From Eledone cirrhosa (taxonomy: Eukaryota): a stretch of 64,000 bases of DNA. Position 1 is the stretch's first letter; the number at the start of each line of letters is the position of its first letter. The translations under genes and the position numbers were made by a program. Below, one piece after another: positions 45,421 through 58,404 of this stretch. Below the pieces are notes generated by a model, which saw only the letters and a list, made by a program, of their open reading frames with translations, was not told where the DNA came from and did not search any database. Location: positions 306,156,001-306,220,000 of the forward strand of contig OZ024742.1 in NCBI GenBank assembly GCA_964016885.1. The letters run 5' to 3'.

Positions 45421-46715
45421 TATCAGTTGTTTGTACCAGTAGCCGACAATCATGTCTCTTCTTGGTGTTTTCTTATCTTGGAGTTTTCCTATCACAGTCT
45501 CAAGGGTACCCTCACTTATTTCGTATGTTTTTGTTGTAGTGTAGGGGAAATAGTTGTTTTGGATTTCTTTTAGCCTCACTGCATCTTGGTTGAAGTTCTT
45601 CTTTTCACCCCATATTTTTTCCAAAAGGAATCTATAAATTCTGCAATGGGGCCTCAGTGACACTATTATTTTGCCCTTTATAACTCTATAGACTGATGTT
45701 TGGCCTCATCTGAATCTTTTATTAATCACTTTTCGTTCATCTACCTTCTTCAGATATCGGCGTTTTTCGTTAACAGCTCTCAATTCTTGTTTGAGGGTGA
45801 TCAGCTTATATTGAAGAGTTCTGGTTCTACTGTTACCAAACATGGTCTCTATTTTATTTTTCACTCTTTGTTGGTGAGGAGTGAAGTTGTTTTCTGTTTG
45901 TTTGCATGTAAGGAGCATTGTCACATATCCTATGGTTTTTCGTAAGTCAGAATCTTTTTTCTATTTTAGTTATATATGATGGTATTTTTGGTGGGGTTTT
46001 GTTCATGTTGATATCTCTGCTATCACCAATTATTATTATTATCCATAATGTTTCCCCCAGCATTCGAGGTAGACTTAGATGGTACACGTGGTGTCAAATT
46101 TCTTACAGACATTGTTGTTTCAAGGCACTGTTCGACCTGGCTGCTAGGAAGTCAAGTAGCATGGCGACCTGTAGCACGTTTTGTTGATTCCATGTTTGTT
46201 GTGGGGGACTTACAATTAATAATATTTTTCTTATTTTTACATTCAACAAACGTCGCTTGTTGGCGTAATTGTTTCGCTGTGAAGTGATTTAGCTCTGGGC
46301 GTATTTCGTCCCAGTGTAACTTCATTCTTTTCATATAGCCAACGGAGGGATTGATTTTTGCCATTTTATAACAATTAAATAAATCATCATTAAGTTCGCA
46401 ACTCCAAGAGAAATGCGATTTATGATTTCGGTTTCTTCTGTAGCTACAACTGAATACATTTTGTTTACCTTTCTCGTTTTTCTTCGGTACTCCACTGATG
46501 TTGTTGATGTTGATGTTGTATTCAACCATGCTGTTTGTAGCAAATCCTTGTAAAATGAATCATGTATTTAGTCGGATATCTCTACGAATTCGAATAAAAG
46601 GTGTCTTCAGTAGATATAGTTAGAAGAATACCAGTTATTCAACCTGATTGGTAGTTGTGGCATTACTGTAGGAGATAATATTCATCTTAAATTTAATGAA
46701 TAGTCTCCCACACCA
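45420..46715 (-). mobile_element. R4/Dong-like LINE 5' portion (copy 1)
   Basis: N-terminal WSCELNDDLFNCY..GYMKRMKLHWDEIRP..QLRQQA, and RT start ISEGTLETVIGKLQDKKTPRRDMIVGYWYKQL. (TATG)n lies just 5'. Confidence 0.75.
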
Positions 46716-46744
46716 AAATATGCGACTGATCGCGTTGACTGACT

Positions 46745-46812
46745 ATGTATGTATGTATGTATGTATGTATGTATGTATGTATGTATGTATGTATGTATGT
46801 TTGTATGTATGT
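46745..46812. repeat. (TATG)n
   Basis: Direct reading. Confidence 0.95.
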
Positions 46813-47629
46813 AGTTATCTATGTATATAAACAATTGCTTTACGACGCCTTTCGTGAAGTTGATTTCTACAGGTAAAAGGTCAATGTTTTCGTCTCTAGG
46901 AGTTTATATGCCAAAATTATTCGGCTATTCAAACATTAAGGTAACATTCCTTCAACACAACACACATATGTATACACAGACACACACATCATACATAATA
47001 CACACGCACACACATATATATACATGCATATATATATATATATATGAATATAGAGAAATTAATGTTAGCAAAAAGCCAACAATAATTCCGACATATAAGT
47101 GACTATAACATCGAGATGAAAAATGTTTAACGTAAGATGTGGGATTAGTAATACGATCTTAACTCAAAACAAGTCAAGAAGAAAAACTTTATCCTCAGAC
47201 TTTGTGTAAGTTGGGGAAAAAAGCAATACAATCTTAACTCAAAATAAAATCAAGAAACAATACTTAACAGTCAATTTGGGGAAAACTGCAAATGCACTAT
47301 ATAGTCTTAAAATACTATTTCACGAAAGCTTTCAGTGGGGTTAGTCACGGTTGGGAGTCGATCTTCAGTAGTGCTCAAAACATTAACTAAACAATACTGG
47401 TAAAATGCCGGAGGGGAATTAAAAGCAGGCAAGCGAACAGCGTGTAGAATTGAAATAACAAAACAGACGTGAACACAAGCTAGTGATGCCGGGATGAGAT
47501 AAAAATCTGTTGACAAGAAATCCCAGTCAAAACATTCCGAAAAAAACTCAACAAAAATATGGAGTTCAGCATAAGCAATATTATCGCAGTTTCTTTTAAA
47601 AAAACTGGGATATATATATATATGTATAT

Positions 47630-48047
47630 AAGCAACGAGTTATTTAATTTGTTGGTTATTCAACAAATTTATTTATAACATATTCGAAGCACTCTACGGT
47701 ATTCTTCTGGAGTATAATATCAATAATATTAATAAATTGAAACTATCTTTATAAACCCATATTTATTTTATTATATATATTTCAAGGGTACCAACATTTT
47801 GGTACCCTCTTATAAAATAAAATACAAAAGTTGTTTTATAAAGAGTGACATATCCAAAAAACAAGAACTTATCTTTTTAAGATCTTAAAAAGATAAGTTC
47901 ATGTTTTTTGGATATGTCACTATTTATAAAACAACTTTTGTATTTTATTTTATGAGAAGGTACCAAAATGTTGGTACCCTTGAAATATATATAATAAAAT
48001 AAATATGGTCTTATAAAGATAGTTTCCATTTATTAATATTATTGATA
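47630..48047. mobile_element. Fold-back solo 3' fragment homologous to the PLE UTR at 2245-2510, with two decayed HHRs
   Basis: Palindrome centre aagatctt at about 47882. HHR scaffolds at 47764-47824(-) and 47941-48001(+) have cores TTTATAA and TTTATGA. Confidence 0.85.
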
Positions 48048-48080
48048 TATATATATATATATGTATGCATATAAGTATAT

Positions 48081-48182
48081 ACAGGTTGTCCCGAAATATG
48101 TATACACAATTTCATTACCTGTACAGGCAATATTTATTAAAATGCTGTGGAAGTAAGTGTACATTTTGGAGGGACACTGTAT
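48081..48182. mobile_element. Small Tc1/mariner-type MITE (related copy at about 50296-50372)
   Basis: TA-caggttgtccc..gtatacac at one end and gtgtac..gggacactg-TA at the other form imperfect TIRs. Confidence 0.55.
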
Positions 48183-48643
48183 ATGATTGTCTGTATGTAT
48201 AGGATTTTATAGATGTGTGTGTGTGTAGTAAACATACGTATATATATGTATAATTATATAAATATGTATGTATATATGTTTGATCATACATATATATGTA
48301 TGAGGGTTACCAAATGTTTATATAAGAGTATAATTATTTACTGCCTGTGAAGTTTATACCTTACTTAAACGCCGCACCTTACGAGAAGAAAAAAATTCTT
48401 GAGAGTTAATAGCAAGGGAACTTTGCAAATAAAAATAAATTTATACATCAGGTCTACTTTATTTTCCCCCAGAAATAAGATGATGCAGATTTATTTAATA
48501 CGCATTTACATGCACACACTGGAGTAATATATATATATATACATATATACAGATATACATATATACATTTAATAAGAAAGACGGTTTTATTCCTACATCC
48601 TCATTTTATTACCTAGTATGTATATAAGTATATATGTTTGTAT

Positions 48644-48707
48644 ATATATGGACATACATAGTCATACACACGTGCATTTATATACATGAACACACACCCA
48701 CACCCAC

Positions 48708-48802
<95 letters not shown>

Positions 48803-48882
48803 CAAATATATATATATATACATATGTGGGTGTGTGTTCATGTGTGTTCACGCGTGTGTATGACTATGTATGTCCATATATA
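48644..48882. repeat. Inverted repeat (about 65 bp arms) enclosing (TA)n
   Basis: atatatggacatacatagtcatacac..cacacccacatatgta is mirrored after the TA tract. Confidence 0.8.
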
Positions 48883-49071
48883 TCTGTCGTTGTGTCAATG
48901 TCAGCTCTGGTGGCAATTAGTCTAGCAGTACATGTTTAAAAACCATATCCTATAAAACGGAACACATTTCTTAAATAGTCAAAAGTTATGTATGTACATA
49001 AACACACTTTCTCATTCACACAAACAAAAGAACAAATATATATATAAATATACACACATTCAATCACACAG

Positions 49072-49140
<69 letters not shown>

Positions 49141-49243
49141 CATTTATATAAATATACACACATACAAACATATATATATATATATATACATTTATATATA
49201 CATACATATATAAATATATATATACTTATATATATATATACGC

Positions 49244-49287
<44 letters not shown>

Positions 49288-49391
49288 ACGCATATATATA
49301 TATGCATATATATATATATATAGATAGATAGATACATATATATATATAAATATAAATATATATACATATATATATGCACACACACACACAA

Positions 49392-49422
<31 letters not shown>

Positions 49423-50073
49423 CGCATATATATATATGTATGCATCTATATATATATGTATATATGTATGTATGGTATGAACATCTTGATAAATCGCAAA
49501 TAGTCTGGCAGTTCCCTACAACCCTTATCCCGAGATACGCATTAAGAGCAGTCATCAGTAGAACGGCTAAACATAGCTTTAAGGTAAAATTTCAGTTTTA
49601 CCGTTGATCACTGATGACAGCACTCAACAGGAGGTGTAGAGTAGGGAACTACTCGAGTAATTGTTTCACATCTATACTATTAAATCATGCAATGTTTGTA
49701 TTACATATATTCATGTAAATGTGTATTGATGAAGCTAAAATGTAGATTGCAAGAACATATAAATATATCGTAGTTTTCCACATATGCATGGCCACATTCA
49801 CATACACACATTCATGTACATGTAAATAGATTATATTATGTATGCGACATTTACAGAGTGCAAGCGTGTATAAATGCTTCTCTATATGTGTATATTTCAT
49901 ACACTACCTACAATAAATCATCATTCGTTTATCTACGCATGCACCTATGCGTATTTACATAAACATACGAACTTACCTATCTGTAGTTCTTCACACTCTC
50001 TCTCTTTATATATACATGCATAAATAAATATATAAATGTACATGTATGTGTGTTTAATATATGTTTATGTATA

Positions 50074-50106
<33 letters not shown>

Positions 50107-50109
<3 letters not shown>

Positions 50110-50255
50110 ACGAAGGAAGTGTGGTAAGGAACCAGATGGACCATAACGCACCAGAGTACTCAATACTTAGGGTAGTAGAGTGGGTATTAGGAACATGTTT
50201 AACCCAGTCCAGAAATAGCCGTCTAAACGGGTTGAGCTCTGCCGACGTGGTTAAA
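50107..50255 (-). mobile_element. 3' fragment of the U3-A8 HHR family
   Basis: taacgaaggaagtgtggtaaggaaccag..gtactcaatacttagggtagtagagtgggta, with an inverted HHR right-half remnant. Confidence 0.8.
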
Positions 50256-50508
50256 TATTTTCCTATATATATATATATATATATTAATATACATACAGGG
50301 TGCCCCCTAAAAGTGTATACACCCCTTAGCAGCATTGTAACAAATATATGTATACACTTTTGGGGATGGCCATGCTGCCAATAAAACACACTCACCATTG
50401 AATTTCAGTTCAAGTTATTATTATTCGTTCAGTAACTAATGTTTCTGTTTTACACCATCTTGTCTTTATGAGCAGTTTACCTATCTGTGTGTACGTGAAT
50501 GAAAGAGT

Positions 50509-50587
<79 letters not shown>

Positions 50588-50932
50588 TCATACATATACA
50601 TATATATATATACTTAGTAAATGTATAAAGTCTTGAACGCTGAATGTAATTGTGAACATAGATGATTGCACTAATGTGTGACATAATCAGAGCTCATATA
50701 AAAAAGCTATAGCGAGACTCTAGTAAGTTTATCTATAATAAACATGTCGTAACTGCTTTCATATACACATATCTGACGGAAGACGCTACGTCAGTGCCAT
50801 CTTATCTATCTATCAACAAACATACACACACTCTCTCACACACACACATACACACACACGCACACACGCATCAATTAACAAAAAAATATATTTCCTTTCC
50901 AGCCAACTCCAGTACATGGTAATTTCGTGCAT

Positions 50933-50998
<66 letters not shown>

Positions 50999-51064
50999 TG
51001 TGTGTGTATCTGTTTCATCACTGTTTCTCTTTCCCCCTCATTTTCTCCCTGTATGTATGTAGCC

Positions 51065-51100
<36 letters not shown>

Positions 51101-51569
51101 TGATGCAGAGGATGGAGAGGTGGCGATAATTGTTAGTTTAAAACGTCAAAATTGTTGATTTTTTTCCCCAAATCATATTTGGGGAGCTGGATGGTGAAAA
51201 AAACGATGTTTCATGCATTATAATGATGCATAATGGAATACATATTTCTGATAGCTGCTGTTTTGCAGTTGTTGTTTTTGTCGTTGTTGTTGTTGGTGGT
51301 GGTGGTGGGTGTTTTTGTTATTGTTGGTGGTAGTCGTGTTGGTGATAGTAATAGTTGTGCTGTTGTTGTTGGTGGTTGTTGTGATGGTTGTGGAAGTGGT
51401 TTTGGTGATGTTCATATTGGAGTTGGTTGTAGTGATGGTAGTGGTTGGGTTCTCGTTTTTTTTTTTTTTGTTAGTACCGGTGATAATGTTGGTGTTGTGT
51501 TTGTTGATATTGTTGTTGCTGGTGTTTGTGATGGTGGTTATGTTAGTAGTGTTGTTCGTATTATTATCG

Positions 51570-51785
51570 CTGGTGGATTGGAAGTATCGGTAGAGACTCG
51601 GACACCATGCTTTGCAAAAAAAAATTATGCTCCTTTCCGGTCTGAGTTCAAAACCCGCCGAGTTTAACTTTGCTTTTCATCCTGACGGGGTCGAAAAAAT
51701 AAAGCACCAGTAATGTACTGGGGTCGATTTTTCGACTTTGCCCACCCCCAAAGCCTTGTGTCTATAGTAGAAATCATTATTATCG
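51570..51785 (+). mobile_element. tRNA-derived SINE
   Basis: ctgagttcaaa B-box and body shared with the 19.9 and 54.7 kb copies, plus an (att) tail. Confidence 0.8.
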
Positions 51786-52761
51786 CTGGTGGTTGTGGTT
51801 GTGTTGTTGTTAATGGTAATGGTTCTGCTGTTATCATTTTCTATTTGTTGTTGTTGTTAGTGATGATCATTGCGATGCTTTTGGGGTTGTTCATGCTGGT
51901 GTTGCTTTTGATGGAGATTGTTGTGAGGGTGGCGGTGTTTTGTTGTTGGCAGAAGTGTTTATATCCTTATGGTATTGGTATTTGCTCTGAGAGAGGGTAG
52001 AGTCTTAAGAGATGTAATAGTCTCAGCGAGGGTGACTGCTGACATACTTCTTTTAGTTTTTTAGTTTTTGTTTACATTGACAGACGCTCTGAGGAGCGTT
52101 ATAGCAATGATTTTGTGAAAGCTGAGTATGGTTATAATGATGATGGCGATGATAATTATGATAATAATGACACAAGATAATAATAATAATAATAATGATA
52201 ATAAAATAATAATAATAATGACAACAACAATTATTATTATTATTATAATGGTTTTAGCTGATCATGAAGTTTATGATGTTAATGATGATACTGATGACGG
52301 TAATAATGAAAGGGAAGTGGCGTGAGGGTGAAAATGAGCGGTAGGATGTTGATGAGTGGGATGAAAATGATAAGCGTGGAAGAAAAAAATTCTCATAATT
52401 TTCCTATTGAATACTTTAAAAAATAAAAGCAAAAAACATACAAATATTAAGAGCATCCACCCCCAGCCTCACAAAAAAATAATGTAGCACAAATAAAAGT
52501 AAAAAAAGAATCTCACCAAGAAAAAATAAGAGTTTTTGCAGTACGTCTAGAAATTAGATCTGACCCGTTCCTGATGAATTTGCTGGTTATTTCGCTACTG
52601 GGAAATGATGGTTGAAGGGGAAGGTCTGATCGTGTTCATGGAATATGTGAGATATTTTAGGGAAAGAAAATTTGGAACGATATTTTCCAAATGACACAAC
52701 CACAAATACTCATGCACGCATAAAAACATATAAATATGTATAGATACATATACACCTGTAA

Positions 52762-52954
<193 letters not shown>

Positions 52955-52957
52955 CTG

Positions 52958-52993
<36 letters not shown>

Positions 52994-53433
52994 ATATATA
53001 TATTTATATTTATCTATTTATTTTTACATATATAATATATATGCACACAAACACACGTACTCATGTCTGTATATATATATATATATATACATACCCTTAA
53101 CGAAAATTGGGAAGGTGAACCATGTATGTTGGAAACAAGTCACTTACTAATAACGGCAGATGTGTAATTGAAGGGGAGAGAGTGAGAAGTAGCGAATGTA
53201 CCATCTGCACCTGCCGATCAAACGCCTTACCTGAGGTTAGCGATGACACTTTTAGCTGAGCAGTTAGTAATTAGGAAACGTTGATAGGAATGCTTCTTCT
53301 TAAACAGACGCGAGAAAGTGAGAGGAAGTGAGAAGACTGTACTGTGAAACAGAAAAAAAAATGGAATTGGAATAAATATAACGTACAAATCTAGAAATGC
53401 TGCTGACGTGACATCGGAAATAACAGAACGGTA

Positions 53434-53566
53434 AAGAAGAAGAAGAAGAAGAAGAAGAAGAAGAAGAAGAAGAAGAAGAAGAAGAAGAAGAAGAAGAAGA
53501 AGAAGAAGAAGAAGAAGAAGAAGAAGAAGAAGAAGAAGAAGAAGAAGAAGAAGAAGAAGAAGAAGA
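53434..53566. repeat. (GAA)n
   Basis: Direct reading. Confidence 0.98.
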
Positions 53567-53634
53567 CATGCAATAACAACACTAACGTCATCATCACCGA
53601 CAACAGTATTTGTAATACATCTACTACTACCAAT

Positions 53635-53945
53635 ATTAATCTTTATTGGCCACAAGGGCCGAAAACTAAAGGACAATACAAAGGAAAAAATACAATGGGG
53701 ATTTATATCGAATTACTCGTGTAAATAAAACATATAATAAGTAACCAAATAACAATAAATTGAAATTAAGAGTATTCCCCAATATAGGGGAGCATCGCAC
53801 AGGGTTACTTTAGGAACACCACAGATACGAAAGCATTCTAATCACAAAGAACACCCTCGGAATATGCCCTCTCCTCTCTCAACAATTCAGGTTACAGGCG
53901 CATGTTCCGTGTAGGCCCAGGTTATTTTCGCTATATTCACCCATC
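53635..53945 (-). mobile_element. Tx1-like LINE 3' end
   Basis: ttgtattgtcc..cccttgtggccaataaag matches the 3' end at 12640-12685. Confidence 0.6.
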
Positions 53946-54694
53946 ATCTAACATCGCATGAATAGCACCAAACTGGTAGCTCAAATCATCTACAGAGAAT
54001 TCATCCCAAGCATGAGATCATGCAACCGCCTCAAGCAATGGTACAAAGTGATGAACATTTGCTAGCTTCAACGAAGACCTCTGACAACCACCAGCTTTAC
54101 TTGTGCGGGCAATTTTTCTTTGCAAAAATCGGGCTTGCCAACCACCAGAAGCATCGTTATCGATGAAAATATTAAAAGAAAGAAATCTATACTAGGAAAA
54201 AAGGAAGATCCGCGGCGATATACACATTAATCCTGCCTTAATATTAATATACACATTAATATTAAGGCAGGATTTATATAATATTAGAAATTGATGTAGC
54301 GTTGCTGAGACTGTCCCATCGAAGCAAAGCGAATACTTTTTTCTTTTTGTGGAGAAGTTGCATCTAATTACATGTCATAAGTATTCACAAACTAAAGAGT
54401 CACATATATAATGTTGAACAAAGAATCAAATAACGTTTAGTACTTAATCAACCCTTTTATGATCGTTTCAGAGAGTAAAATAAAAAAAATAAAAAATAAA
54501 AAAATGTATCGATTTGTTGACTAATCGATAGCAGTTATTTGCCTTGGCCAGGTGGTGTCTAAAGAGGAAGTTATATGCTTTTGTTGCTTCGTCCAACGTA
54601 TTTTTTTCTGCTTGTCTGTAAAGGTAAGTTGAATGAAACAGGATGTCAGGTCACGGATATAAACTGTAAATCACTTTTTATTATTCTATGGTGG

Positions 54695-54925
54695 GGTAGG
54701 GCGGTGGATTATCAGTATCGGTAAAGCCTCGGGCGCCATGCTTTGCAGCATAGATTTATGGCCCTTTACGTTCTGAGTTCAAATCACGCCGAGGTTAGCT
54801 TTGCCTTTCATCCTTACGGGGGTCGATAAAATAAAGCACCAGTAATACACTGGGGTTCGATTTAATCGACTTTTTCCTCCTCCACATTCCTGGCCTTTTG
54901 CCTATACTAGAAATTATTATTTTAT
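54695..54925 (+). mobile_element. tRNA-derived SINE
   Basis: ttctgagttcaaatcacgccgaggttagctttgcctttcatccttacggg..., ending in an attattatt tail. Confidence 0.85.
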
Positions 54926-56014
54926 AGTGGGTTGACTCTGGTGGGTGAGGGGTTAATATGATTTTAATGAGACTGTGTGTGTTGCTAAAGGTTGGGAAGA
55001 TCTGTTTAGAGCTGATGTAAGTATTGTGAAATCGAAAGATAGAGTACCCTTGAATAGTCGACCCCCCTCTCTCTCTCCACCACCCCCTCTCTCTCTCCCC
55101 ACCTTCTCTCTCTCTCTTTCTCTCTCTTTCTTTCTCTTTACTACGCTCTCTCTATTACGCTCTCGCTCCCTCCTTCTCTCTCTCTCCTTCTCCCTCTCGC
55201 TCTGTCTTTGTAGCTATACTATTGAAAGGTTATAATTACCTTGACAAAACTAAAACAAATCAAATTGTGAGTTTCTCTGTGCATATGTGTAGGTGTGTGA
55301 ATGCGTTTATGCCTGTGTGCATTTGTGGTGGCAAAGTTATATATTTAGCTGCATAGTAATATAGTGACAATCCTGAGTTCGATCCTTCAAATAGCCGTTT
55401 TGTTTATCAATATTTGTGCTGGTGTGTGTATATGAAATAATGTGTATGTGTGCTTGTGTATGTGTGTATTTCTTAGTGTATATGTATTGATATATATATA
55501 TAATTAAAGAGAGAGAGATAGAGAGCACGAGAAAGAGTGATATAAAAAAGAAAGAAAAAAGAAAGAAAGATAGATAAATAGATAGAGAGATAGATAGATC
55601 AATCTATGAACTGAATGCTATCTCAATTAATCAAATATAATAATAAACAAACAGAACAGAATTAATCTATTAAAATAGAAATAGGCAAGAGAAAGTAGAA
55701 AATTAAAAAGAGATGAAAGTCAATGTTATATGTTTGACTATAATGAATGGAGGAATAGAAGATAAACATAAAGTAAAGACTGAGGATAAAGATACTCAAA
55801 TGGAAACAACAAATATATTAATGAAGAAGTAATGTCAAATTTGGTGACAACAATATGATTTCTGAAACAAAAGATATATATCAAACTGACATGTCAGATT
55901 TATTGCAATTAGGCGAGAAAAATATAGAAATCAAAAGGAGAGGGTAACACCCTCGGTATTTTGGAACGAAAATTAAATCATTGATAGAAATAGAAAGAGG
56001 TAAAATAAATATGT

Positions 56015-56078
<64 letters not shown>

Positions 56079-56446
56079 ACACACACCCACAAACTCATGC
56101 TTACGCATGTGCTCAAGTATAGCGCTTTTTACAAAACGGTTTTTTTTCCATTTCAGGTAGACGCCTGCCATCATCCACTTTTCTTAAAAACAAATCATAC
56201 ACAAAACGTCAGCACCAACAGTTTTGCAATATATGTCAACATGAATGGACCTGTTATTTTTATCTAAAGACATTTTTTCCAATTCCATCCCGCCTGTCCC
56301 CTCAATCTATTTTATTTCTCATTCTTTCCTCTGATGAAAGACTAGCATCCAAAACGCTAAGACCCTCTTCCTGCTATATCAAGCGTTAACCTAATATATA
56401 CCTTCCATATAGTGTACCGATTTTGTTGTTATTTCTGTTTACCTTT

Positions 56447-56502
<56 letters not shown>

Positions 56503-56694
56503 TAAATCTACCAAAAGTTTACGGTAGTGTCCAATCCGTATGAAGAACTCAATGTAATCCGGATATCATGAAAGGAGAAGATGCATTCAAAAACTACTTT
56601 CGGTGAAAAATAAACGGAAAACAGAGTCAAGATAAATTATTAAAAAAATAATGAATAAACAAAGAAACAGTTCCTTAAATTAAACAAAAAAAGT

Positions 56695-56836
56695 TCATTA
56701 TTTTACGATCGTTTCTAGGATATATATGTGTTAGAATTGGTATGCATATTCTATAGATCTATGTACAATATTTATACAAACTATCAGAGAGAATATACAT
56801 ACCTTCACATATATATGCTGTCTTCAGAAATAATGA
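56695..56836 (-). ncRNA. Type I hammerhead, 105-nt stem II (inverted pLTR copy)
   Basis: Reverse complement of 63025-63166. Confidence 0.88.
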
Positions 56837-57549
56837 TACTTGTTTATTGATAAGAACAAAGATTCAATACAATAGGTCTGTTTGGGAACAGGTTTTGAAT
56901 TGACCAATCAGGAGATAGTGAGGGTCAAGATAGATACCATTATGAGAACCTTAAATTATGGGTAGGGGAAGTAGATTTCAGTTTTGGAAGGAAAAGAGTA
57001 TTATGAATGAAGGATTACTTTAGGGAAGAAGTAGGTCATATGTTGACCTCAGAAATAATTTTAATTGTTCAATGAATAAAACCAACAAAGATCCAATATA
57101 ATAATGGATTACTTTAGGGAAGAAGAAGGTCATATGTTGACCTCAGATATAAATTTATTTGTTCATTGACTAAAACCAACAAAGACCAAATATATTATGT
57201 CTGTTAATATTTGGCCAAATGGTAAAATAGTAGTAATTGAAACTTATTTTAGGGGTGAAATTAGGTCAGGTGGTCAGTAGAAGGTATACAAGCAGTTGCT
57301 GTTATAAAATAGTGATGCCAATACAAATATCTAAGGTGACCAGAGTTTTAAGATAAGGATGTTAGTGAAAAAAATACATCTATGAAAAGGATACAAAATT
57401 AATTTAATTGATGGGTACATATATATATATATATATATTTTTTGATACAATTATACTAATACATATAGATGTGATAAATAAGAGTTAGATGCAGTTTAAA
57501 GGTGCTGTTAAGGATGAGGGGAGATTAAAAGAATATAAAAATATAAAAA

Positions 57550-57584
<35 letters not shown>

Positions 57585-57629
57585 CATATATATACCTACA
57601 TATATATACACATACATACACACACTCAT

Positions 57630-57674
<45 letters not shown>

Positions 57675-58404
57675 CATACACATACACACACAAACATATA
57701 CCCATACATATATATATACATACATATATACACACATACACATGTACATATACATACACACACACACACATACAGACATACATATATATACATACACACA
57801 TATACACTCACACACATATACACATATATATATATATATATATATATATCTACACATACATATATATGTATTTTTTACACTCTCATACATACACACATAC
57901 ATACATACACACTTATATATACACACACATCCACGCTTACATATACATATAATTATTGGGGGGGGGGGGAATAAATTAATTTCTAAAGTGTATATTAATT
58001 AGGTTTATATTTTAATGTTTTTCTCAGTTTATGATTACACGATATTTTGTATTTCATCTGTAGTAGAATTTTAATTATAGGTTAACTAAATTTAAATTAT
58101 TGGTTAACTAAATTAAAATTAATCTATATATTAATTTCTAAAGTGTATATTAATTAGGTTTATAATATTTAAATGTTTTTCTCCGTTTACATTACATTGA
58201 GTTCTTCATACGGATTGGACACTACCGTAAACTTTTGGTAGATTTATCTACATACTTTGCTCCTATTTGCACGGAGATATTCTTATTTTTGTATTGTATG
58301 TGTATGTAAATTTATATATATATATATATACATATATATGTATGGCTTTATAACTCCATATACAAATAGTTGAGCTCTTTTTCTTGTCCATTATCCATAT
58401 CACA

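Noticed and set aside
49505-49655. Two divergent CTGATGA strings inside a short inverted repeat (agttccctac/gtagggaact)
   Set aside because: Neither is followed by GAAA and a stem III, so they cannot be called ribozymes.
51233-51667. 144-aa Val/Gly-rich ORF
   Set aside because: It is (GTT/GGT)n low-complexity sequence running into a SINE.
52568-52617. ttc-CTGATGA...GAAA-tgatgg-TT-gaa
   Set aside because: Stems II and III do not pair convincingly, so a chance match is plausible.
56328-56362. CTGATGA-aagactagcatcc-AAAA-cgc-TA minimal HHR remnant
   Set aside because: G12 is lost and the stems are only 2-3 bp. It is probably an old HHR but too decayed to annotate.
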